Source: Takakia lepidozioides (lineage: Eukaryota; Plantae; Bryophyta). Taken from it: a stretch of DNA of 64,000 nucleotides. A program made the position numbers and the translations under genes. Positions 1 through 11,700 of this stretch are shown piece by piece. The stretch's first letter is position 1, and each line of letters begins with the position of its first letter. A model generated the notes under the pieces. It made no database searches, had not been told where the DNA came from, and was given only the letters and a program-made list of their open reading frames with translations. The stretch covers positions 75,268,001 through 75,332,000 of the forward strand of contig CM060732.1 of assembly GCA_030704615.1 (NCBI GenBank), read 5' to 3'.

Positions 1-459
1 TCTTTTCAGCTTGAAACAGAGAAAATGTAAGACAATATGACTGAATATGACAACTATCACTCTCTCTCCATGCATGCAGGTACTGGAAGCTCACGAGATG
101 AAGCGAATGGCGTTAATGACACTCACACTATACTAGAATGGAAAAAAAATTTGTTTGGTGTAAGTCAAGACTGGATCATAGTTACTGTCGACACCGACAC
201 TCACTTTCTGTTGTATCAGAATGAGAGTTTTGAAATGAAAGAGAGTGACATTGCCGACAATCACAGGTTCCTGTTACAGAATGAAAGAGAAAGAGTGCTG
301 GAAAGGCAAGCAGATTGACTCTTTGATCTTAAGAATAGTGAATGGTGGTACCGCCAGTCACAAACATACGGTATGGAAAACCATAAACATAGGAGTAGAA
401 AGCAAATCAACATGACTTCATAGTGATGGTCGGTACCGACCATCACTTTTTAGGTCATT

Positions 460-822
460 TCACTCACTCACTTCGTAGATCTGTAAGCAAGAAATTGAAG
501 AGTGGAGAACACTTACTGGCGCCTTCTTCGGTTTTGAGTTTGGATCCCCTTCTGCAACTTTCCTCTTCCCCTTCACATCTGTCAAAATTCCTGTCTGCTC
601 TAGGGTTTGTAGACCTTCTCCCGGTTCTGCGATCCCCGGACTTCCACCTCCTTCAGTTTCCTTGCGAATCATATCTTCTTCCACAGTCTGGTTTTCAACG
701 CTCATTGTTCCCTCTGGCTGTGTGACAACTGCAGCCTCATTCTCGGTCTGCTCTTGTGTTGCAGTCTCCATGTTCACCTGCTGCCGTGGCCCTGTGTTCT
801 CTATCAAACGACGCCTCGTCAT
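460..822 (-). CDS. Probable first exon of an unidentified multi-exon gene, divergent from the MULE transposase (possible element accessory gene); continues off the window
   Basis: ATG at 822; acidic low-complexity peptide ending KGKRKVAEGDPNSKPKKAP followed by a GTAAGT donor at 516; further GTGAGT-like donors on the minus strand near 471, 204 and 127. No family recognised. Confidence 0.3.
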   Translation of the reverse strand: MTRRRLIENTGPRQQVNMETATQEQTENEAAVVTQPEGTMSVENQTVEEDMIRKETEGGGSPGIAEPGEGLQTLEQTGILTDVKGKRKVAEGDPNSKPKKAPVSVLHSSISCLQIYEVSE

Positions 823-1709
823 TTTCTCTCTTGCTCTGAGTCTCTCTCTACGGGAAGTAAAATAAAGTGACTTCTTTCTCCTTCGTATCGTAGAGGGAAC
901 CCTCTTCAGCTTAACTACCTCTCTCCCTCTAAGTGCAGAAACAAGAAAGACAAAGTGACTCTCGATTTCTTGCGGAGTTGCGTGCGTTGGGGATTGTCTC
1001 TAGAACCATCGGATTCCATCTCGCTCGACCGTTACACAAATGTCATTCTCTTATTAGTGCACCTGCCTGCCATTGGTGGACAGCTGTTCGTCTGCAATGT
1101 AGTTATCGATGTCTGACGTATATCGCCCAAAATGAACGGCTTGTCGTTTATTTTGGGGGTTTCAATAATTGAATATAACAACGACAAATATTATAAATGA
1201 ATACAATATTTTAAATAGAAAATTAGTTGGTCTGGCTGCTCAACTTCAATCAATGCCTATGCCATCAGAACCATGGCACCATGAAATATGGGGCCATCTG
1301 GCGCACAATCTCAGACAAATATATGTAAGTGAACGAGTGTTTAAGGACAAATTTCTGGATATTATACACATTCATCCTTGTAAGCCCACCCCACGTTCGT
1401 TTCACAGTTTGGACTTTCCACGTGCGCATGATCAATGATACTGTTATAAAGATGCATTTACTTCATCTGCTATCCCATCCTCAGATCCTCACAAGCACAC
1501 TTCTGAGAAGTTGGCTGGTTATTATGATAATTGATGACGTTCTGAATAAAGGTTTAACAGCTAACGAAATTGCTCCTAGGGATACTCTGTCTACAGGGCC
1601 CACATTAAGAGTAATTAAAATGGACGGCTGCATGTCTGGAAGAGCTTGATAGAGGCAAAAAATAACAAAATGTGCACAATCATCTTGTGTACTTTCTCCG
1701 CGATATTCT

Positions 1710-4700
1710 GTGCTCATTCTTCAACAATGTTTTGAAGACCTCAGTCAACAGATTTCATTGAAGAGCTGCAATAGCAAGGGATCTTCGTACGAGAGGAGAC
1801 AAGAAGCAGAGTTCTTCTCTGACGATAAACCAGTGCCGTTCTCCAAGGAAGCCCTTGACAATGGATTCGCAATTGTTCTGGAACATGTCTTGGCTACCCG
1901 GTTTGAGCTTCAGAATGGCTCCATCTTCTTGGAGAAAGAGGTGTACGATTTGGACGGGAAGTTGTTGAAATACTCTTTCCAAAACCGTGATGAGACAGCT
2001 CATGTCAGCCAGTGGAGAGTGCGCCCCGGTAGATACAGAGTGCTTGGGGGGCCACGGCAAAAGTCCCTTGGATCGTATGTGACGCCCGGTACTGCTGCTT
2101 CAGTCGTTGAAGACAAGAGGGAGGTGGTGGTGAATAAAGAACAGACGTCCTCCACTCCAATCGTTGAGCTTTTGGATTCGTCCGATGATGACATAAGTGA
2201 AATTCCGACTCCAGTCTTTCCTACTGTAGTTGTGGAAGCGGATGAAGAAGACATTTGTAGTGTCATTCCAAAACTACGGACGATGGGAGGAATGGCAGGT
2301 TTCAAGAGTGAGTTACGAGGAATTGATTGGGAATCTTTGAAGTAGGTGCATGTGAAGTTCCTGCCTGAAAGTTTTGATGGGGATATCCTATGCACGGAAT
2401 GGACAAGAAACACGACGGGCATCCATGGTGCAGAACAAAAACATCCAATATTGAAAATGATGACAAGCTTGTTTTCAGGAGAACAGTTTGCAATGGACAC
2501 CTTAGGTGTGATAATTTGAATTGCAGACACTTTCTTCAGTCTGGGGTTCATAATCAAAGCGAGTGGGAGGGTCTCGCGGAAAATCCATTTAAGCCTGGGA
2601 CTGCTCCTCCACCGGCAACCACTTTCGTTTGCAAATTCTGCAAACTTGTACCATCATTCCTGGCGCTGTGTGGAGCAAGAATGTATTATGTTGTCCACCG
2701 TTTGAGAACAATGACAAGAGCTTGTGTGCATTTTGGTTTCCATAACCATCCTGTCTCAAAAGGGGATTACAGGAAGAGTGTTGAGACAGTATTGAGGTTG
2801 ATTAAACATGAGTACTTGAGAAAACCCATCCGCCACAACATCTGCAATTGCTCTTGGCGCAAGCAAGTCATTTTTGGAAAGCCATATTTTGAGTGAAGGG
2901 GATTATGTGGGGACTAAACTTGACGGTCCAGCATTGGACATTGTCATGGATCATTTCTCCACTTTGAGTTCGCCTAACATTCGTCATCAGATCAATGCAT
3001 TGAGAATGGGCTCTGGGATCAAAGGCTACATAGACAACATTTTGAAATTGAAACGACTGAGCAAGTACGACTACATCCGGGACAATGTTTTTCCAGGTCA
3101 AGGTGCCATCAAAGTATTTCTTTTCAAAATGTCGACTGTCGGGGAGGGAAGTGGGGTTAGCCTCGTGAAGTGGATGTAGAAGACTGGGGAGCTGCAGAAT
3201 TGTTTTCTTATGCTTGATCATGTGAAACGAATAAAAGATTGGACGACAATGGCTTGTCATGTCTACGATCCAGTGTACCAACGAGTTATGACAATTGCAG
3301 TTTGTGACATGCAATCCGAGGATACGGAATCCCAGAAGCTCATATGGAATTCCCTGGTACGTGTTATGGGCTGCCATCTCCAAATTTCGCTGGTTTCATG
3401 GCAGATAGTGCTCAGGCAAATTTCAATGCTGTTCGAATTGTGTTCGGATCAGGCGACCCAAAAGTGCCAATGTCGGGAAGAGAGCGTACATGTCTATTCT
3501 ATTCGTGAAGCAGCTAGTGAACAATGCTTATATTAGTTTTCACTTAAAATACAAAAAACACCTTATGTTCACTCCAAATAGACTCCATTGGACACAATCT
3601 CTGGAGAAACATACGAAGTCGGACATCAAGCCAGAGATGCAGACATAGCACCGTAAATTGTGCTAAGAGTACAAAGATACTAGAACAATGAAGGAGGTGG
3701 ACATTTTGTTCCAGACAATTCGTGCCTGGTGGTTCTCTTCTGGAGCTGCATCGCTTGAGAGTATGAGAGCATTGGAAGATTGGCTGGCGTTTTGGCACTT
3801 CCGGTACAGACAGTGGGGAGCAGCCATGACAATGGTGAGAGGTTTCTATTGCTTGCTTTATTCGTGCATTTACTTTCCAAATTTTGCTCTTCTTGCTTTC
3901 TTCATGTTGTTCTTTGTGCACTGTTCTAAAATGTGGTTCACCACTTTGCAGAACATGTCCATTGAGGAAATGGCGGACATGCCATCTTGCAATTTGGCAG
4001 AGACTGTGCACAACGCATGGTTGTAACAATCTGGGAAACGAGGTCGGGATTTATATGTGGCAACAACAAATGATCTGATACGTGCCTTGCAACAACAAAC
4101 CAGATACTGTGATTTCTTGCGAGGTGGGGTTGGTGGCAAGGGTCCGGACAAACATGAGTTGATGTTGCGTGCTACAAGCAGATCTGGGGATCCAAGCAAG
4201 ATAGCACGGGCGGTGAGCATGTATGCCCAGGGAATGCCACTTGTTTCTAGAGTTCCATATCTTGAAGGGGAGGAGAGATTCGGCTCCTGTAAGAGAAAAT
4301 TGAACACCCCACCTGGTTCGGAGTCCGATTTGCACATGGCAGACCGTGATAACTTCTCGAAGCCTCGTGTTCCCCTGCATGACAAATCCATCTCCGGAAC
4401 CTCCGGCACGACGACAGGGTCCAGCATCAAACACTGAAATGGTGTAGGAGAGAAACTACCCCCTTGATGTGCTGGAGTCCGCATGCCCCGACCACGTTTG
4501 GCACATAGAACGTACAAGTGCAGGGTCTCGTGTGAAATGTACAGCGATTAGGGCAACTAATTTCGAAAAGTGCACTTCATCTATATCCAGAGGCGGTGCC
4601 CGCACTCATGCTCCAACTTTCACGGGTTTGATGCGTTCATACGGCCAACCAGAAGCCAATAACCACAAGTTCTGGTTTTGTGCAGACGACTGTGGTAGAT

Positions 4701-5305
4701 GTGTGCATGAAATTGTGCGTCCTTCCGTGGTGATGAAGCCAACTCCTCCATCCGTTTGGCCCGTCAAGGTGGAAACACATCTCACAAGTCAGGAGATTGC
4801 AATGCTGGAGGAGGCAGACTTTTCCCTTGCAAGACAACCCCAACTGCATGCATGTGCTTCTACTTCTGCGTCCTCTCGAGTCCCTCCGGCAAATCCTCGC
4901 TTGTGGCCAACCAAATGAGATGGAAAGCTGGTTCGGCGTTTCTCTCCAACCGCTCAACATTTCGGCAAAGTGGAGTCCGCAAGAATGCTCCAAGCTCGTG
5001 TTGCAAGCTTGTCCGATCCAAGATATGGTCGGGTGTACACAATGATCACTTCGACAGCTGCTGTTCATGACAAGGCCTACGACATCACGGTTTCGAATTT
5101 CCCGAATTGCACATGTCCTGATTTTGTGAATATGCTATCAACCAGTTTGGGCAAGAGATGAAAATTCATACCCTGCAAACATTTGAATTTCATATTTTTG
5201 AAGATGATGGTTTGCGATCCCAAACGTGACAACTTCGTTCACCAGGCCACTCTGAGTTTCAATGAGGTCGATACTCTATTGCAACGGGATACAACACATA
5301 GGTAA
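1710..5305 (+). pseudogene. Mutator-like (MULE) transposase pseudogene with N-terminal GCM/WRKY-like zinc domain, DDE core and C-terminal SWIM finger
   Basis: DGHPWCRTKTSN...CNGHLRCDNLNC...CKFC...C...HFGFHNHP (2390-2750); catalytic-type LDH (~3213), FMADSAQA (~3395), CLF-HW (split by a small insert), NLAETVHN (~3990); SWIM CTCPDF...PCKH (5105-5185); GT-AG intron ~3834-3951; several point stops and frameshifts. Confidence 0.8.
3499..3581. mobile_element. 83-bp insertion with short imperfect inverted ends inside the MULE transposase
   Basis: Ends CTATT...AATAG with internal AGTGAACA/TGTTCACT; flanked by ATT/ACT. Removing it and one flank copy restores TGT CTA TTC CAT TGG (C-L-F-H-W). Confidence 0.5.
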
Positions 5306-5688
5306 CATTATCTATCACTTCGTCTATCTCGAATGTGGTGAATGTGCAGTCTGGAATCTGCAATCTGAAATGTGTTTTTTATGGACTGTGAGTATGCAAA
5401 GTGGTATGTGGACGACCATGCCATGAAATGTGTAATTTGCAACATTGTCATGGAAATTCAATTCAAATCAATGCGTTTGCAACATCATTGTTATTTGGGG
5501 AGGGAGCAAGGTCTTCCTGTGGCAGCCTCTATGGCGCACATTTTGTGAGGATATTTTCTCGTTTTTGTAATTGTAAAAGTGAAACAAACATTTGTAATTG
5601 CACAATGTTGGATGCTACAATTGTAGGCCTTCTTGTACTCTTGATTGTTTTCAGCCAAGGATTCCCTGCATTAATCCCACGGTCATAG

Positions 5689-6142
5689 GACCATCCTCGG
5701 TTATAGGCGGCGCATGTTTATGTTGACGTGGCAGATGACAGTGCAGTGCCACGTCAGCATTTGACGCCATATCAGCCTGCTGACATCACGCTCACGCCAC
5801 GTCATTCCTGCGTGAGCGTACGCTCGTGCGCTAGGCTCACGCCATTACGTCGTTGAACCTGCGGGCTTCTGGACGTGCTCTGTGAGCTTTGGATGTGTGT
5901 GTGAGCTCTGCACATGACCATCCTCGGTTATAGGCGGCGCATGTTTATGTTGACGTGGCAGATGACAGTGCAGTGCCACGTCAGCATTTGACGCCATATC
6001 AGCCTGCTGACATCACGCTCACGCCACGTCATTCCTGCGTGAGCGTACGCTCGTGCGCTAGGCTCACGCCATTACGTCGTTGAACCTGCGGGCTTCTGGA
6101 CGTGCTCTGTGAGCTTTGGATGTGTGTGTGAGCTCTGCACAT
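5689..6142. repeat. Apparently perfect 2 x 227-bp tandem duplication, rich in ACGT/G-box-like motifs, probably in the MULE subterminal region
   Basis: 5689-5915 and 5916-6142 read identically (GACCATCCTCGG...CTCTGCACAT). Confidence 0.95.
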
Positions 6143-6712
6143 GCTATACGTGGGATCTTCTACATGTTCATCTCTATTCTGATGCTGTAAAGCCCGCTCC
6201 TTCCGAGCTCTTACACCCCTAGTTTAGCGTGCACTTTTGAGGACGGGAGGATCTCATTCAAGCACAAAATAAGCCTTCATGCAGTGCATAATTTCATCCA
6301 TGCAGCAGGATGGATGATCATCCATGGTTCTCCAACATTGGAGAGGTTACCTATTCACAGATTACCCATGTCTGTAACCTGGGACTATATAGGGAGGACA
6401 GAAGGAGACCACCACTCCTCTGCATGTCTGCCCACTATTCGATGCCGCACATCTCCAAGAGAAAACACAGAGCATGAAAGCAGAAGCCTGCTTGACATTA
6501 TTCTTTGCAATTCAGATGGGAAGACACGATGTGATCTCTCACATGCCAGGCCGGTACCTGCACAGCTTGCATTTCGGCTACAACCCTTGATCCAACGGAT
6601 TCATCGTATGCCGCGGCGCTGCAGCACTTCTATCATTGACCGAGAACAACCGAACCAAAGGTTGATATTTTTTGCGTTTGGATTGATTGGTCTGGAATCT
6701 ACTGGTAAGGCG

Positions 6713-8578
6713 ATGGCGACAGTAGCTTTGAGACGTAATGTATGCGCAGTCGGGAATTGTGTTTTGCGCAATTCAGCAGAAACGAATGTGCTCTTGGCAA
6801 GAGGCAAGAAAGCGCACGAGATTGTTCGACAAGGCCGATAATTGGTATATCTGGCGCGTAGGTCAACGCTGGAGCATGGAGCAGCGCTGGCAGGAGTTCC
6901 TAAAATATTCTTCACAATGGTGGGACAGTGGCTTTGCCAAGGTGAGCTTTCTTCATGTAGGATTCTGGTATGATCGTATTGCGTGGACTGGATCGTATCT
7001 CGCTTTGCTCTGGAAAAACTGCTTTTACTGTCCGTATCGAAGTGTTCATCCTGAGCAGGGCATGAAAGTAGGATGCACAAGGTATTATTGTCCTGGAGCT
7101 TGCAAGGTACTTGGGAGGGTTGAGACTGTGGCTGCTCAGCTGCTCCCTGGTCGTTTTCACAGACCACTAAAAAAATCTCCAGACTACAGACATAAGCTGC
7201 TCGTTTAGCATGTGTAAGCTTGGACATGTTCGAGTGTTCCTCATTGTGTGTAGTCCAATTGAGCCCAGAGTGACTTGCATGAATGTTGTTAAAAGAGCAA
7301 TAGCACTCCTCCAGAAAGGAAGTTGACAAAGTGTTGATGCTGTTCGGGCACAAAGGTCTACTGCAGAGCATGGAGCAGAGCTGGCACGAGTTTTTTAAGA
7401 TCCTTCTCAATGGTGGGACAAACACAACTGCAAGGTGTGGCTTTCTTAATGTACGATGTGAAGAAGTTTTCTACCCTGCAAATGTGGGCTCTTCCTGTTA
7501 GTAGCATGATTTGGTATTTGCCCTGGTGTTTACAAGGTCCTTGGGAGAGTCAGCAGCTTGGTCTTAGGAGGCTGAGTTTACATCTATGTCTGATCAGCTG
7601 CACCGTGGTGGTTCTCCTCACAGACCAATCCGAGTTCACCTGACTACAGACACAAGCAGCACACACAAGAGGTCCTTTTGGGTTGATGGGCGGTTGACTC
7701 CTCCATGGTTGAAGGAAAAGCTAGGTGCCATGACACAAGGCCAAGGACAAAATGGTGCGCCTTCTTCTTCAACCCATTTCAACCTGTTTGACCCTCTTAT
7801 GGGAGTCGTCCCTACTTTTTCATGTTGAAATCTGCAAGTTAGCCCGTTGGGTGGATCTATGGTGGATTGGATGGATTTTGACATGTTACTGCCAATGTGG
7901 CAACAGGAAAGCATCCAAAAACAGATAACTTGGACGAGGAGAAGCTTTGGACGGAATATTTTTCGGACCCCAGTCAATTGTGGGACAATCAAGGCAAAAA
8001 GGTAAATGCTTGTTTGACTACAGAGAGAAGCAGACGCAATCAGCATAGGAACCAGTGCGTTATGAGTAGGGTTGGGGTGTTTGCTACGACAAATCTAGGC
8101 CGTCATTGTGAGCTGCTAGCTGCAAGGTGAGGATGTTTGCATGATTTGTGCAGAGGCAGGGATAGCTGAAGGAGCAGGGATATAGTGTGGGTCCAGATTC
8201 ATCCAAGAGGGCCGGATTTCAAGCACAAGATTACCTTATGGTTTCCTGTGGATCGATAGCTACAAGAGACCTGCATGGGTAGATGGGAAGCAGCAGTGGC
8301 CACGGCACAGTTGATAAAATTAGGCACTGCTGATGAAGGCACCTTCTTCAACACATTTCAGCCTCTTTTGGTCTCTTATCAGAGTCATCCCTAATTTTTC
8401 ATGTTAAATTCTGCAAGTTAGCTTGTGGGTGGATCTATGGTGGTTTCGATTGATTTTGACATGTTACTGCCAATTTGGCAACAGGAAAGAATCCAAAAAC
8501 GGATAACAGAAACGAGGAGAAGTTTTGGAAGGAATATTTTCCAACCCCAGTCAATGGTTGGACAATCGATGCAGAAAG
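6713..8578 (+). pseudogene. Degenerate 5' exons of the PPR gene: putative organellar targeting peptide plus tandem intron-split PDF (OSB-type) motifs
   Basis: ATG 6713 MATVALRRNVCAVGNCVLRN; exons encoding W-x-E-[FY]-[FL]-x2-[PS]SQ-[WL]-[WL]-D...K (to 6941, 7367-7434, 7907-8001, 8485-8578) alternate with exons encoding PD[FY][KR]HK... (from 7163, 7624, 8197, 8774); canonical GT-AG borders; several frameshifts. Confidence 0.65.
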
Positions 8579-8773
8579 GTGAATACCTGTTAGATTACAG
8601 ATAGAAGTAGATGCAATTCAGCATAGGAACTAGTTTGTTATGAAAAGGGTTGACGGTTTTGCTAGAACAAATTTAGGCTGTCATTGTCAGCTGCTAGCAG
8701 CAAGACGAGGATGTATGCATGATTTATGGAGAGGCACGGACACTGAAGGAGCAGGGATAGAGTGTGGGTCCAG

Positions 8774-11700
8774 ATGCATCCAAGAGGGCCGGATTTCAAG
8801 CACAAGATTACCTGTAATCCCCTGTGGATCTCGACCATGACCACAGCTTGCCAAAAAGGACAAAGAGAGGGAGTCCACAATGCCTCTTCTGGCCCTTCTG
8901 GAAATGTGAGGATGCTATGTGAGGCAGGGCAACTGAAAGAGGCTCTTCAGACTTTAAACCAAGGAGGCATTTCAGCAGATTCAGATACTTATGTTTGTCT
9001 CTTGCATAAGTGCATCAAGATGAAAGGCTTGGAGGCTGGAAAGCAGGTGCATGCTCACATTATCCAAAGTGGATTCAAGCCAAACGTTTTCCTACACAAC
9101 ACCCTTGTCAACATGTATGTTAAGTGCGGGAGCATCATGGATGCTCATCAAGTGTTCAGCAGAATGCCTCAACGACATTTGATCATGATGGCAGGATTTA
9201 CCAAGCATGGGTGTGATAGGAATGCTTTGGAGACCTATGAGCAAATGATGCGGGAAGGGGTGAAGCCCAACCAGATCACATTTGTTTGCGTTTCCAGTGC
9301 GTGTGCGAGCCTGGCAGCCCTGGAAAAGGGGAAAGCGGTCCATGGTGACATCGTCAAATCTGGAATTGTACCAGATGTCATTCTGAACAATACCCTCGTG
9401 GACATGTATGCCAAATGTGGGTGCATCAAGAATGCAAAGGGAGTGTTTGACAATATGGCTGAACGGGATGTGGTGTCGTGGAATGCGATGATTGCAGGAT
9501 ATGCACAGCAGAGGCACGGGATGGAGGCTTTGGAGACCTATGAGCAAATGATGCGGGAAGGGGTGAAGCCCGACCATATCACGTTTGTTTCAGTTTGCAA
9601 TGCGTGTGCGAGCCTGGCAGTCCTGGAAAAGGGCAAAGAGGTCCATGGTGACATCGTCAAAGCTGGAATTGTACCAAATGTCATTCTGAACAATACACTC
9701 GTGGACATGTATTGCAAATGTTGGTGCATCGAGGATGCAAAGGGAGTGTTCAACAATATGGCTAAACGAAATGTGGTGTCGTGGAGCGCGATGATCGCTG
9801 GATATGCACAGCAGGGGCGCGGGATGGAGGCTTTGGAGACTTATGAGCAAATGATGCGGGAAGGGGTGAAGCCCGACCATGTCACGTTTGTGTCCGTGTG
9901 CAATGCATGTGCGAGCCTGACAGCCCTGGAAAAGGGCAAAGAGGTCCATGGTGACATCGTCAAAGCTGGAATTGTACCAGATGTCATTCTGAACAGTACC
10001 CTCGTGGACATGTATGCCAAATGTGGGTGCATCGAGGATGCAAAGGGAGTGTTCAACAATATGGCTGAACGAAATGTGGTGTCGTGGAGCGCGATGATCG
10101 CAGGATATGGACAGCAGGGGCGCAGGACGGAGGCTTTGGAGGCCTATGAGCAAATGGTGCAGGAAGGGGTGAAGCCCAACCAGATCACGTTTGTGTCCGT
10201 TTGCAATGCATGTGCAAGCCTGGCAGCCCTGGAAAAGGGCAAAGAGGTCCATGGTGACATCGTCAAAGCTGGAATTGTGGCAGATGTCATTCTGAACAGC
10301 ACCCTGGTGGACATGTATGCCAAATGTGGGTGCATTGAGGATGCAAAGGGGGTGTTCGAGAATATGGCTCAACGAAATGTGGTGTCGTGGAGCGCGATGA
10401 TTGCAGGATATGCACAGCAGGGGCGCGGGATGGAGGCTTTGGAGACCTATGAGCAAATGGTACGGGAAGGGGTGAAGCCCAACCACATCACGTTTGTTTG
10501 CGTTTGCAAGGCGTGTGCAAACCTGGCGGTCCTGGAACAGGGCAAAGATGTCCATGGTGACATTGTGAAAGCTGGAATTATGCCAGATGTCATTCTGAAC
10601 AATGCCCTCGTGGACATGTATTGCAAATGTGGGAGCATTGAGGATGCAAAGGGAGTGTTCGATAATATGGCTGAACGAGATGTGGTGTCGTGGACCGCAA
10701 TGATCGCAGGATATGCTCAGCAGAGGCACGGAATGGCGGCTTTGGAGACCTATGAGCAAATGGTGTGGGAAGGGGTGAAGCCCAACCACATCCCGTTATT
10801 TTGCGTTTGCAATGCTTGTGCGAGCCTTGCAGCCCTGGAAAAGGGCAAAGAGGTCCATGATGACATCGTCAAAGCTGGAATTGTACCAGATGTCATTCTG
10901 AACAATACCCTCGTCAACATGTATTGCAAATGTGGGAGCATCAAGGATGCAAAGGGAGTGTTTGACAATTTGGCCAAACAAGATGTGGTGTCATGGAGCG
11001 CGATGATCGCAGGATATGCCCAGCATGGTTGTCATAGGGAGGCCCTGCAACTATTTGAAGGAATGCAAAAGGAAGGCTTGAAGCCAGACAGTATCACATT
11101 TATTTGTGTTCTCTCTGCATGCAGCCATGTTGGCCTACTGTATGAAGGAATATGCTACTTTGATTCCCTGAGTCAAGATCATGGTGTCACTCCGACAGTA
11201 AAGCACTTTGGCTGCATGGTGGACCTTCTTGGACGTGCAGGGAGATTGGATGAGGCAGAGGACCTCATTAATAAAATGCCAATCAAACCAGATGCTGTGG
11301 TGTGGAAGGCCTTGCTTGGTGCCTGCCGAATCCATGGCAATGTGGAGATGGCTGAACGTGCAGCAACATCTATTCTCAAGTGGGATGAACAGGATGCTGC
11401 GACTTACGCGTTGCTATCAAACATCTATGCCACAGGTGGCAGGTGGGACGATAGTGCAAAGGTGAGAAAAATGATGATGGTCAGAGGGATTAGAAAGGAG
11501 CCAGGTCACTGCTGCATTGAGGTTGGCAACAGGGTGCACACCTTTGTTGTAGATGACAAATTGCATCCCAAAATTAAGGAAATCCATGCTGAGCTGAGAA
11601 GATTGTCTGGGGAGATGAAGGAGGCAGGGTATGTGCCTGACACACACTTTGTATTGCATGATGTGGGGGAGGAGCAAAATGGATTTTCTCTTTGCCACCA

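Noticed and set aside
9092-10981. Long antisense ORFs (e.g. 399 aa at 9590-10789)
   Set aside because: Shadows of the 303-bp PPR repeat on the opposite strand.
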